DNA of 64,000 nt from Macrostomum lignano (Eukaryota): positions 186,001-250,000 of the forward strand of contig NIVC01001458.1 of assembly GCA_002269645.1 (NCBI GenBank), in the 5' to 3' direction. The notes under the pieces were generated by a model. It was not told the origin of the DNA. It did no database searches and saw nothing but the letters and a program-made list of their open reading frames with translations. Both the position numbers and the translations under genes were made by a program. Below, piece after piece: positions 1 to 11,991 of this stretch (positions are counted from its first letter, which is position 1; every line of letters starts with the position of its first letter).

Positions 1-675
1 AAAATACCAACTAGACAAGGGAAATTGGATTTGATTTCATGATATAACAATGACTAAGTAGTAGCTTTGAATTCGGAGTAAGGTGTTTAGTTAAAGGAAA
101 GATAGCTAAGGGTTCTCTCACTCTCTTGTTCCATCTTAATTTTAGTTTTCAAGAGGCTGCCAGCACGCTACTGATGGGGGGGAGAGAGTGAGGGGAGCCA
201 CCCACTTGTCTCCGGCCATGCAGTCGTCGGAGCTCGCCGCATGATCTGTCTAAGAAGACGGCGATTTTAATCAGTTTGATAAAAAAATCGCAAAAATGGC
301 TGCCGCCACCAGCGGCCACTTCTCTACTTGATATCCCCGAATCGCAGCGGGGGCTCCGATTCGCTTCTAACTAATTGCTCCCCCCATTAATTTGTCTAAT
401 CGGGCGTGGTCTAGTGATGTTTTCTCAGCATCTTGTTATTGTTGAAGTGAAAGCGCGAACAGTTGTCGATTTTTACCTGCTGTCCTGCAACTGCAGCGTT
501 GGCACCTTCTTGGCGCCCACTCTCTGTCTACTTTTCACCGTCCTCTTTTTCTGTTAAAATTGCCTCCCAAGTAGGTGAATGTTATGTAAGATGGTAGGCA
601 CAGTATGTATAGTGCATAAGGGCAGAAAACTTGCATGTCTGGTCGACAGGTCAGTGGTTTCATGGGTTGTTAGTT

Positions 676-1020
676 AAGTAGATAGGTAGGTAGGTAGGTA
701 GGTAGGTAGGTGGGTGGGTTGGTGGGTAGGTAGGTAGGTAGGTGGGTGGGTGGGTTGGTGGGTAGGTAGGTAGGTAGGTGGGTGGGTGGGTTGGTGGGTA
801 GGTAGGTAGGTAGGTGGGTGGGTGGGTTGGTGGGTAGGTAGGTAGGTAGGTAGGTAGGTAGGTAGGTAGGTGGGTGGGTGGGTGGGTTGGTGGGTTAGGT
901 AAATAGGTGGGTGGGTGGGTGGGTTGGTGGGTAGGTAGGTAGGTAGGTAGGTTGGTAGGTAGGAGGGTAGGCAGGTAGGTAGGTAGTTTGGTGGGTAGGT
1001 AGGTGCATAATAGTAGACAG
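676..1020. repeat. (TAGG)n/(TGGG)n microsatellite
   Basis: Direct reading: ggta/ggtg tetramers in tandem; overlapping PTYL/PTH ORF is a repeat translation. Confidence 0.95.
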
Positions 1021-1415
1021 GTAGGTAGTTACATAATACTAGGTGGGCAGGTAGGTACATAGCACGTAACTAGGCAGGTAGGTACATAATAGTAGGCAGT
1101 TGGGTACATAATAGTAGGTAGGCAGTTGGGTACATAATAGTAGGTAGGCAGTTGGGTACATAATAGTAGGTAGGCAGGTAGGTACATAATAGTAGGTAGG
1201 CAGTTGGGTACATAATAGTAGGTAGGCAGGTAGGTACATAATAGTAGGTAGGCAGGTAGGTACATAATAGTAGGTAGGCAGGTAGGTACATAATAGTAGG
1301 TAGGCAGGTAGGTACATAATAGTAGGTAGGCAGGTAGGTACATAATAGTAGGTAGGCAGGTAGGTACATAATAGTAGGTAGGCAGGTAGGTACATAATAG
1401 TAGGTAGGCAGGTAG
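1021..1415. repeat. 26-bp minisatellite (gtaggtaggcaggtaggtacataata)
   Basis: tacataat recurs at 1261 and 1287 (period 26); 26-aa periodicity in ORFs equals 3x26 bp. Confidence 0.95.
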
Positions 1416-2045
1416 TTACGGTGTTGCAGAACAGCATGCTGAGTGAAATCAGCTATTAGCAAGATCGTGAACAGGCCGGTCATATCCAACAATATTGTAT
1501 TGAAATTCTTGTTGCGCTAAAAAGCGACTGAGAAAACACTTTACTCTACTTAAAATAAGTAGTCTAAAATGTAAAAGGCTAGAATTATTTATTAAGTTTT
1601 AGAGAAGAAGCGACACAACCCAGGCCAACACATAAAGTAAGTCCTACACCCGCTCTGATCATAATCAGTATGTTGGAATGTTTTGCGTGCCATTTTAATG
1701 CGCAGTTTCTAGGCTGGCTAACCCCTGCCGCCGATTCTCTTATTAGTCACGCTATAGTGTTAGACTTGTTATAATGGAATGAATTAATTCAGAGCGTCTG
1801 TGTTAAAGGCCTGGCTTGTGCCCACGCAGTGTGTGACTCAGTCAGTGCAGTAAAGGACGGGCATATTATTGTACACTTAGAGGCGGAAAATGTGATTAAT
1901 AAATTCTGCGTGTTGTTAAAAATGGCTTTTTTAAAGGGCTGAAAAATTCAATACGGTAAATTTAGCAGACAAGATGAGCATAGTTCATAGTACACTTCCA
2001 CAAACAGGACAGACGCAAAACCAAAGAACTTCGCTTCTTTGAAGG

Positions 2046-4318
2046 AAACCCCGTCATTCACAAGCTTGAAACCCAATCATTCACAAGCTTGAAACCCAAT
2101 CATTCACAAGCTTGAAACCCAATCATTCACAAGCTTGAAACCCCATCATTCACAAGCTTGAAACCCCAGCATTCACAAGCTTGAAATCCCATCATTCAAA
2201 AGCTTGAAATCCATCATTCACAAGCTCAAAACCCCATCATTCACAAGCTTAGAACCCCATCATTCACAAGCTCAAAACCCCATCATTCACAAGCTTAGAA
2301 CCCCATCATTCACAAGCTTGAAACCACATCATTCAAAGCTTGAAACCCCATCAATCACAAGCTTGAAATGCCATAATTCACAATCTGGTAACTCCATCTT
2401 TCACAAGCTTGAAACCCCATCAATCACAAGCTTGAAATGCCATAATTCACAATCTGGTAACTCCATCTTTCACAAGCTTGAAACCCCATCAATCACAAGC
2501 TTGAAATGCCATAATTCACAATCTGGTAACTCCATCTTTCACAAGCTTGAAACCCCATCAATCACAAGCTTGAAATGCCATAATTCACAATCTGGTAACT
2601 CCATCTTTCACAAGCTTGAAACCCCATCATTCAAAAGCTTGAAACCCAATCATTCACAAGCTTGAAACCCCATCATTCACAAGCTTGAAACCCCATCATT
2701 CACAAGCTCAAAACCCCATCATTCACAAGCTTGAAACCCCATCATTCACAAGCTTGAAACCCCATCATTCACAAGCTTGAAACCCCATCATTCACAAGCT
2801 TGAAACCCCATCATTCACAAGCTTGAAACCCCATCATTCACAAGCTTGAAACCCCATCATTCACAAGCTTGAAACCCCATCATTCACAAGCTTGAAACCC
2901 CATCATTCACAAGCTTGAAACCCCATCAATCACAAGCTTGAAACCCCATCATTCACAAGCTTGAAACCCCATCATTCACAAGCTTGAAACCCTATCATTC
3001 ACAAGCTTGAAACCCCATCATTCACAAGCTTGAAACCCCATCATTCACAAGCTTGAAACCCCATCATTCACAAGCTTGAAACCCCATCATTCACAAGCTT
3101 GAAACCCCATCATTCACAAGCTTGAAACCCCATCATTCACAAGCTTGAAACCCCATCATTCACAAGCTTGAAACCCCATCATTCACAAGCTTGAAACCCC
3201 ATCATTCACAAGCTTGAAAACCCCTTCATTCACAAGCTTGAAACCCCATCATTCACAAGCTTGAAACCCCATCATTCACAAGCTTGAAACCCCATCATTC
3301 ACAAGCTTGAAACCCCATCATTCACAAGCTTGAAACCCAATCATTCACAAGCTTGAAACCCAATCATTCACAAGCTTGAAACCCCATCATTCACAAGCTT
3401 GAAACCCCATCATTCACAAGCTTGAAACCCCATCATTCACAAGCTTGAAACCCCATCATTCACAAGCTTGAAACCCCATCATTCACAAGCTTGAAACCCC
3501 ATCATTCACAAGCTTGAAACCCCATCATTCACAAGCTTGAAACCCCATCATTCACAAGCTTGAAACCCCATCATTCACAAGCTTGAAATCCCATCATTCA
3601 CAAGCTTGAAACCCCATCATTCACAAGCTTGAAACCCCATCATTCACAAGCTTGAAACCCCATCATTCACAAGCTTGAAACCCCATCATTCACAAGCTTG
3701 AAACCCCATCATTCACAAGCTTGAAACCCCATCATTCACAAGCTTGAAACCCCATCATTCACAAGCTTGAAATCCCATCATTCACAAGCTTGAAACCCCA
3801 TCATTCACAAGCTTGAAACCCCATCATTCACAAGCTTGAAACCCCATCATTCACAAGCTTGAAACCCCATCATTCACAAGCTTGAAACCCCATCATTCAC
3901 AAGCTTGAAACCCCATCATTCACAAGCTTGAAACCCCATCATTCACAAGCTTGAAACCCCATCATTCACAAGCTTGAAACCCCATCATTCACAAGCTTGA
4001 AACCCAATCATTCACAAGCTTGAAACCCCATCATTCACAAGCTTGAAACCCCATCATTCACAAGCTTGAAACCCCATCATTCACAAGCTTGAAACCCCAT
4101 CATTCACAAGCTTGAAACCCCATCATTCACAAGCTTGAAACCCCATCATTCACAAGCTTGAAATCCCATCATTCACAAGCTTGAAACCCCATCATTCACA
4201 AGCTTGAAGCCCCATCATTCACAAGCTTGAAACCCCATCATTCACAAGCTTGAAACCCCATCATTCACAAGCTTGAAACCACATCATTCACAAGCTTGAA
4301 ACCCCATCATTCACAAGC
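2046..4318. repeat. 23-bp minisatellite (aaaccccatcattcacaagcttg), ~2.3 kb, with a 69-bp trimeric higher-order block at ~2340-2620
   Basis: Unit read directly, each containing a HindIII site; 69-bp period between 2401 and 2470. Confidence 0.97.
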
Positions 4319-5124
4319 TACATCCACCATCTACATCTAACTCGAAATCATGCAAACTTGAAGTTTTACTCAAACTCGAAAGTACAGAAATTCGAAAAGG
4401 CACGAAGGCATGAAAAGAACACAGTATATTCAGTTTAACTGTTTGAACCAATTCGAGCTTAAGCAACGCAAAGAGGCAAACCCCAAGACTCCCAAGACTA
4501 CACACAGACGCATTGCTAAGCTCGTATAATGACAAAACGAGGCAGGAAATCGGCAGTTTTTGCTCCCCAAAAATCTCCCCACTTTTGCTGGGCCCCCCCC
4601 CTCTCCTGCCTGCACAGGCCGACACGGCAGCGAAAGTCAAAACAATTCATTCTGCTAAACAAGAGCTTGCTTGCTCGGCAAACACGAAGCCGCCCAAGGC
4701 CAAGACAGGGAGAGAGAGGCATAACATAAACACCTGCCGCATCTTCCAGCATCCCAGTTGCAGGGCCGCATTCTGCGCGTCCCCTTGAAAATCAGTTGGC
4801 AATCCAACGTCTTTTCTCTCTGTCACTCAAAAAAGTCGAACTGTGGCCCGAACAGGCTGTCTTGTCAGTTGCCTGGACAGCGGAATGAAATTTCAAGATC
4901 AAGAATGTCTCCGGTGCATGTCTATTGTATTATAGATGAGTCATCTTCTATACACAAAAGCCAAGCATGCAAATATTTCTTGGGATTTAAAAGGGGGACG
5001 GCATATTTTTATATCGGATCTTCCTGTCCAATGCCAGCTGCGTGAGTTGACTCTGCTGAGCAAGTTCAATGTCAATAAATAGATCGTGTGGACTCAATCA
5101 GAAAATCAGAGAAGAGTGGCAGTG

Positions 5125-5790
5125 GCCCAGCAACTGAGGATCTGGGAGGCTGGCCCAGCAACTGAGGATCTGGGAGGCTAGCCCGGCAACTGAGGATCTG
5201 GGAGGCTAGCCCGGCAACTGAGGATCTGGGAGGCTGGCCCAGCAACTGATGATCTGGGAGGCTGGCCCGGCAACTGAGGATCTGGGAGGCTAGCCCGGCA
5301 ACTGAGGATCTGGGAGGCTAGCCCAGCAACTGAGGATCTGGGAGGCTGGCCCGGCAACTGAGGATCTGGGAGGCTAGCCCGGCAACTGAGGATCTAGGAG
5401 GCTGGCCCAGCAACTGAGGATCTGGGAGGCTAGCCCGGCAACTGAGAATCTGGGAGGCTGGCCCAGCAACTGAGGATCTGGGAGGCTAGCCCGGCAACTG
5501 AGGATCTGGGAGGCTAGCCCGGCAACTGAGGATCTGGGAGGCTGGCCCAGCAACTGACACTCTGGGAGGCTAGCCCGGCAACTGAGGATCTAGGAGGCTG
5601 GCCCAGCAACTGAGGATCTGGGAGGCTGGCCCGGCAACTGAGGATCTGGGAGGCTGGCCCAGCAACTGAGGATCTGGGAGGCTGGCCCAGCAACTAAGGA
5701 TCTGGGAGGCTGGCCCAGCAACTGAGGATCTGGGAGGCTGACCCAGCAACTGAGGATCTGGGAGGCTGACCCAGCAACTGATGATCTGAA
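5125..5790. repeat. 28-bp minisatellite (ggcccagcaactgaggatctgggaggct); same family as 33403-34824
   Basis: Direct reading of tandem units. Confidence 0.95.
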
Positions 5791-5811
5791 GGTTGGCCTA
5801 GGAATTGAGAG

Positions 5812-6196
5812 CTCGAGGGGGGAGGAAGACCGGAGGATATGAGATCGAGGGGGGGAGACCGGAGGATATGAGATCGAGGGGGAGGAAGACCGGAGGATAT
5901 GAGATCGATGGGGGAGGAAGACCGGAGGATATGAGATCGATGGGGGAGGAAGACCGGAGGATATGAGATCGATGGGGGAGGAAGACCGGAGGATATGAGA
6001 TCGAGGGGGAGGAAGACCGGAGGATATGAGATCGATGGGGGAGGAAGACCGGAGGATATGAGATCGATGGGGGAGGAAGACCGGAGGATATGAGATCGAT
6101 GGGGGAGGAAGACCGGAGGATATGAGATCGATGGGGGAGGAAGACCGGAGGATATGAGATCGAGGGGGAGGAAGACCGGAGGATATGAGATCGAGG
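5812..6196. repeat. 32-bp minisatellite (tgggggaggaagaccggaggatatgagatcga)
   Basis: Period 32 from 5941. Confidence 0.95.
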
Positions 6197-6639
6197 GCGG
6201 CAGTGACTCAGAAACTCCGGGTTGAGTTTGTGACTCCAAAGAGAAGCGCACTCTTTGTTCTACTAGATCCATGCACTCTAGCCAGCAGGTCAAACACATG
6301 CCCAGTTCAACACATAAAAGGCACGCATTAAAAAATTCCAAATGGGCCGGCTATCTTTAATTAAGTCGGGCGGCAACACAGGAGAAGCCCACCAACCGCG
6401 GACTGGTCTGTTTATCCTATAACTTCTCAGCCAGTATGTTTAGTCAGCAAGCAAAAGCTCAGCTAATCAGGGCCAGGCCGGGCAACTCCTGACAGACTGC
6501 GATGACTCAGCATTGTTTTTTTACAGCGAATTCGAACACCCCGAGTGCGCATAGAGAAATGGAGAGATATAGTAAATAGAAGGAGAATGAGGCCACTTCA
6601 TTGAGCAGTGGAAATACTTCAATAGAGACCTTGATAGGA

Positions 6640-7427
6640 TGGGTGCTGATCCTATAAAATACCCGGAAGTAGGGTGATGGGCTGCTGGTCCTATAAAATA
6701 CCCGGAAGTAGGGTGATGGGCTGCTGGTCCTATAAAATACCCGGAAGTAGGGTGATGGGCTGCTGGTCCTATAAAATACCCGGAAGTAGGGTGATGGGCT
6801 GCTGGTCCTATAAAATACCCTGAAGTAGGGTGGTGGGCTGCTGACCCTATAAAATACCTGGAAGTAGGGTGGGTGCTGACCCTATAAAATACCTGGAAGC
6901 AGGGTGGGCTGCTGACCCTATAAAATACCCGGAAGCAGGGTGGGCTGCTGACCCTATAAAATACCTGGAAGTAGGGTGGGTGCTGACCCTATAAAATACC
7001 CGGAAGCAGGGTGGGCTGCTGACCCTATAAAATACCTGGAAGTAGGGTGGGCTGCTGACCCTATAAAATACCTGGAAGTAGGGTGGGCTGCTGACCCTAT
7101 AAAATACCTGGAAGCAGGGTGGGCTGCTGACCCTATAAAATACCTGGAAGTAGGGTGGGTGCTGACCCTATAAAATACCTGGAAGCAGGGTGGGCTGCTG
7201 ACCCTATAAAATACCCGGAAGTAGGGTAGGTGCTGACCCTATAAAATACCTGGAAGCAGGGTGGGCTGCTGACCCTATAAAATACCTGGAAGTAGGGTGG
7301 GTGCTGACCCTATAAAATACCTGGAAGTAGGTTGGGTGCTGACTTAATAAAATACCCGGAAGTAGGGTAGGGTGCTGACACAATAAAATACCCGGAAGTA
7401 GAGTGGCTGTTAACCCTATAAAATACC
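6640..7427. repeat. 33-39-bp minisatellite (ctataaaatacc[c/t]ggaag[t/c]agggtgggctgctgacc)
   Basis: Periods of 39 (6691 to 6730), 36 and 33; every unit has TATAAAA, and a subset has CCGGAAGT. Confidence 0.93.
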
Positions 7428-8324
7428 TTCAGGAGAGGCTGGTGCCCCTAAAAAATGGCCAGGAATGAGAGCAAAACAAGATGCAGAGGTAAGGGTACAA
7501 GGAAACAGATTTAACAGAATAAAGAACACATGAAAGAATATACTGGACTACAATTGATAAACAAGTGAGTAGAAATAGCATGATCAAATTGCGATATGCC
7601 TGCCTCATTGCAAATGTATATTTATTTATACTCTTGCATGTATTCATTAGTAAAGAAATGTGCAATTAATTAGTACATAATATTAACACACAAATTTGCC
7701 AGCACACATGTACATTGGGCAGAGTAAAGAATTCACTGTGCAATGTACTTTAAAAAAGCGTTTGGTCAGTCGAGTGCCAGCTATAAAAAGAGTGAAAAAA
7801 GCAAACAATAGCTGAAGCCAGAAACTGTTATAACATTGAAATATTGACAGGAATTGCCAATTATCATTTCAACTAAAAATAACCCTAAGAAGGCCCTGCC
7901 TGGTAATGCAACAACGTTAAGCATGATTGAAGCCATTGGTCCCGAAAGTTTACTAATAAAATTGTAAAGATTTTACGAGCCTAAAAGTATATGGTTAAAT
8001 TAGGACAATACATACAAGCTATAAAAGGTAAATTTATTAAAATTTTAGGATATTAGCGCAGAAAAGTTTGCAACAAGAAAACTGGTGACGTGACTAGAAA
8101 AGTGCAGAACGAAACGGCGGTTTTGGACAGTATAAACGAATTGATAAAGGAATCAATATTGTAATTAGGCTACTAGATAATTTTAACTATTAATAATTAA
8201 TTCAACAAAAAGCCATAAAAAGGTATAGGCGATTTAATCCTTCAGAAGATTTTAAACCGATTTTACTGCAGTATTAAATAGTACAGCTGCTGCACCGATT
8301 GCACCAATTATAAAGTGGCTTTGC

Positions 8325-8537
8325 GCACTGATAAAGTACACTTGCACTGATAAGAGTGCACTTGCACTGATAGAGTACACTTGCACTTATAGAGTGCACT
8401 TGCACTGATAGAGTACACTTGCACTGATAAGAGTGCACTTGCACTGATAGAGTACACTTGCACTGATAAGAGTGCACTTGCACTGATAGAGTACACTTGC
8501 ACTTATAGAGTGCACTTGCACTGATAGAGTACACTTA
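8325..8537. repeat. 19-21-bp minisatellite (gagt[g/a]cacttgcactgata)
   Basis: Direct reading. Confidence 0.9.
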
Positions 8538-9139
8538 AAGTGCGACAGCACTAAAAGGTTACACGCACCAGTGCAGTAAAAATATCAGTTGTGGCTTAGA
8601 GGACACACAAAAAGCATGCGTAAATTGAATGAATAAAAACGCATTTAAATAAAAATATTGATAGATCCGATTAGAGTGAACGACCAGGGTTTTCAATCAA
8701 AAAAGCATCAATCAATAAAAATAGATGATAGGTTAAATAATCAACTTCTTTATTAGGCTTTGCATGCAATTCACAACGAATCGTATTTGTAAACTGCTAT
8801 GTAACACCAAAATGTACATTTATGGGCAGACATACGGTGAGGACAAGGGTTAATAACGGACCGGACATTGAATTGCAGGAATTAGCAGCTTTAATTACAG
8901 CAAGACTATCAAACAGGTAGAAAACAGAGATTAATGCTATAAAAGGTGAATTTATGAATAGTTTAAAAATTTATGCAGTCGTTGACAACTGCACAGGAAA
9001 CTGGGGGAATGCTGAATGCAGACTGACATGACGCAAGACTCAATTTTTAAAAGGATAATTTGTACCTAGATTTCAGTTACGATACTGCGACCGACGTTAG
9101 TTCTCAAATCTACTTGACTAAGCCAAATGGACTTTCACG

Positions 9140-9512
9140 CTCAACGGACACAAAGAGTGACAGAAATTTCACACCCAATGGACATAAAGAGTGACAGAAA
9201 TCTCACACTCACGGATCCAAAGAGTGACAGAAATCTCACACTCAACGGATCCAAAGAGTGACAGAAATCTCACACCCAATGGATCTAAAGAGTGACAGAA
9301 ATCTCACACCCAATGGATCTAAAGAGTGACAGAAATCTCACACCCAATGGATCTAAAGAGTGACAGAAATCTCGCACCCAACGGACACAAAGAGTGACAG
9401 AAATCTCACACCCAACGGAACCAAAGAGTGACAGAAATCTCACACCCAACGGACACAGAGAGTGACAGAAATCTCGCACCCAACGGACACAAAGAGTGAC
9501 AGAAATCTCACA
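9140..9512. repeat. 34-bp minisatellite (aaagagtgacagaaatctcacacccaatggatct)
   Basis: Period 34 (9287 to 9321). Confidence 0.93.
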
Positions 9513-9700
9513 GCTATATGTCAAGTAACACACAATTGGTCGCACTTTGAAATCCTACAGACACGCTAAACAACGCGAATGCAAATGACATCAAAACCAT
9601 TGAATTTATCATTGCAAAAATTATCTAAACTCAAGCTGTTTCGTTGATGGTTGATAATTAAAACAAGAGACAAACTGAGATTTCGTCACTGGCTGTTGTT

Positions 9701-9861
9701 TTACACCTGCATAGGCTGAGACGCCGACTCGTCCAATTCTTCGGCTGGTTTGCGCTGGCAGAACAGCACGAAGCCCAGGATAATTAGGAATACGCCGAGC
9801 ACTGCGCCAACGGAGGCGGCCGCTATCTCTCCCTGGGTCAGGGGATAGTCCCTGGGTATGG
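9701..9861 (-). CDS. Two-Ig membrane protein, exon 3: transmembrane helix and short tail (IPRDYPLTQGEIAAASVGAVLGVFLIILGFVLFCQRKPAEELDESASQPMQV*)
   Basis: Acceptor ttccccgcag at 9862; phase 1 matches exon 2; hydrophobic stretch followed by QRK stop-transfer; TAA at 9703-9701. Too short for the ORF track. Confidence 0.8.
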
Positions 9862-9984
9862 CTGCGGGGAAGGCGGTGTTGAAAAATGTTAATTAAAGAG
9901 ATGGGATTTCACTGACGCCAGTTGAGATTTGGGAATAGTTAAATGAATGCGGAACTAACATTTAAGTATCGGAAGTGCCTTTGT

Positions 9985-10885
9985 AGTGTCAGGGAGATGC
10001 TATGAGTGTCAGAGAGATTCCCTACAATGTCAGGGAGATGCAGTGAGTCTCAGGGAGACGCCGTGAGTTTCAGGGAGACGCCATGAGTGTCAGGGAGATG
10101 CAGTGAGTCTCAGGGAGACGCCATGAGTGTCAGGGAGACGCCATGAGTGTCAGGGAGACGCCATGAGTGTCAGGGAGATGCAGTGAGTCTCAGGGAGACG
10201 CCATGAGTGTCAGGGAGACGCCATGAGTGTCAGGGAGACGCCATGAATGTCAGGGAGACGCCATGAGTGTCAGGGAGACGCCATGTGTGTCAGGGAGACG
10301 CCATGAGTGTCAGGGAGATGCCCTACAATGTCAGGGAGATGCAGTGAGTCTCAGGGAGACGCCATGAGTGTCAGGGAGATGCTATGAGTGTCAGGGAGAT
10401 GCTATGATTGTCAGGGAGACGCCATGAGTGTCAGGGAAACGCCATGAGTGTCAGGAAAACGCCGTGAGTGTCAGGGAGACGCCATGAGTGTCAGGGAGAT
10501 GCCCTACAATGTCAGGGAGATGCAGTGAGTCTCAGGGAAACGCCATGAGTGTCAGGGAGATGCTATGAGTGTCAGGGAGATGCTATGATTGTCAGGGAGA
10601 CGCCATGAGTGTCAGGGAAACGCCATGAGTGTCAGGAAAACGCCGTGAGTGTCAGGGAGACGCCATGAGTGTCAGGGAGATGCCCTACAATGTCAGGGAG
10701 ATGCAGTGAGTCTCAGGGAAACGCCATGAGTGTCAGGGAGATGCTATGAGTGTCAGGGAGACGCCATGAGTGTCAGGGAGATGCCATGAGTGTCAGGAGA
10801 CGCCATGAGTGTCAGGGAGACGCCATGAGTGTCAGGGAGACGCCATGAGTGTCAGGGAGACGCCATGAGTGTCAGGGAGATGCCC
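9985..10885. repeat. 20-bp minisatellite (gtcagggagacgccatgagt) in intron 2 of the Ig gene, with a 181-bp higher-order period
   Basis: Variant ccctacaat at 10321, 10502, 10683. Confidence 0.95.
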
Positions 10886-10916
10886 CACTATATTATAGTC
10901 TATATTACAGTCTCAC

Positions 10917-11360
10917 CAGGACAATAGACGTAGATATCCTTGTAGATCGCTGGCTCGGCCGAGTCTCCAATGGCGCACCTAAATCTAGTTTTGCCGTCAA
11001 GTTTCAAAGCGGAACAGTTGGGCAGCAGAACGGTGGATTCGGTAGTTTTGAGCAGGTTGCCATCGGACGAACAGGTGGAATTGTCCGAAACGGAACGGAC
11101 ACGAAAGGCATTCGGATTGGCTGGATCGGGCAGCTGAACGCTCACGCCTCGATAGTCCAGTTTGAGCTGGGCAGCGGGATAGCCGCAGGTAGACCGGCAG
11201 GTGAAGTTCAAGCCGCCGCCTAGGGTCAGGTCGTAGGGCGCGGCGGCACTGCCGTCGGCGGCTTTGGCAGCGGCGGCTGCAGCTGCCTGCTGACCGGCGG
11301 CTGCGTCGCGGCTGGGCTGACCAACTGGGGTGGCTGTGAACTTCTCGATTGTGGCTGGCC
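10917..11360 (-). CDS. Two-Ig membrane protein, exon 2: Ala-rich linker plus C2-type Ig domain
   Basis: Acceptor catcaactcag at 11361, donor GTGAGA at 10916; 444 nt symmetric phase 1-1 exon typical of Ig modules; LNFTCRSTCGYPAAQL...FRCAIG. Confidence 0.8.
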
Positions 11361-11466
11361 CTGAGTTGATGAAGGGGATAAATTATCATTTAGGAAATTT
11401 GTAAGATTCATACAGTCAATGTGTCAGAGCCAGCCTCCAAGGCACAGACTGTACACTGCTTGACGA

Positions 11467-11700
11467 GGGGAGGTAGCCTAGTGGTTAGAGCGTCGGACTA
11501 ACGACTTGAAGGTCGGGGGTTCGATTCCTGATCCCACTAGGAACCATTTGTGTCCTTGAGCAAGACACATAACTCTGCATTGCTTCAGTTCACCCAGCTG
11601 TAAAATGGGTGCCAGCATTAGCTGGGGTAACTGAGGGTGTGTGTGGCGACCCCCCCCCCCCAGTCCTTGGACTGAACAGCCGTACGCAGCCTGCCCGTTA
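11467..11700 (+). mobile_element. tRNA-derived SINE with CORE-like central domain (in intron 1 of the Ig gene); 3' end approximate
   Basis: A box TAGCCTAGTGG, B box GGTTCGATTCC, degenerate cloverleaf, then tgtgtccttgagcaagacacataac...ctgtaaaatggg, resembling the MIR/CORE-SINE core. Confidence 0.8.
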
Positions 11701-11991
11701 GGACAGGTGTAATCAGTTCTTATTTTTATTGTTATTACTGACGATAAGAAATCAATGGACACTGTACACGATGTGTGAGCGTAATTAAAAACTTGTACAC
11801 AGCCCTCGGATGTCACTGGCTGCCAAACCTGGCGATCACGAGGATGACAGACAGTCCGCAACCAGTGCGCTCACACGGGTGTACAACGGCCCTGACTTTC
11901 TCTCATTGTCAGACATGTACACTCTGTGTGCCTTATGAGGTTGACTCTCCCTTCCTTGGAGAAATTCTAGCTCATAATAAAATCAACTTAC

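Noticed and set aside
200-320. Possible tiny first exon (ATG GCC GGA GAC AA|GTGGGT, minus) and YY1-like AAAATGGCTGCC
   Set aside because: Short motifs expected by chance; downstream exons would lie outside the window.
4400-5100. Several short ORFs and an acceptor-like ctcctgcctgcacag at 4617
   Set aside because: No recognisable domain in any frame and no partner exon; cannot be supported as coding.
11467-11540. Possible tRNA gene
   Set aside because: Anticodon, T and acceptor stems pair poorly, and it runs straight into a SINE core; called as SINE.
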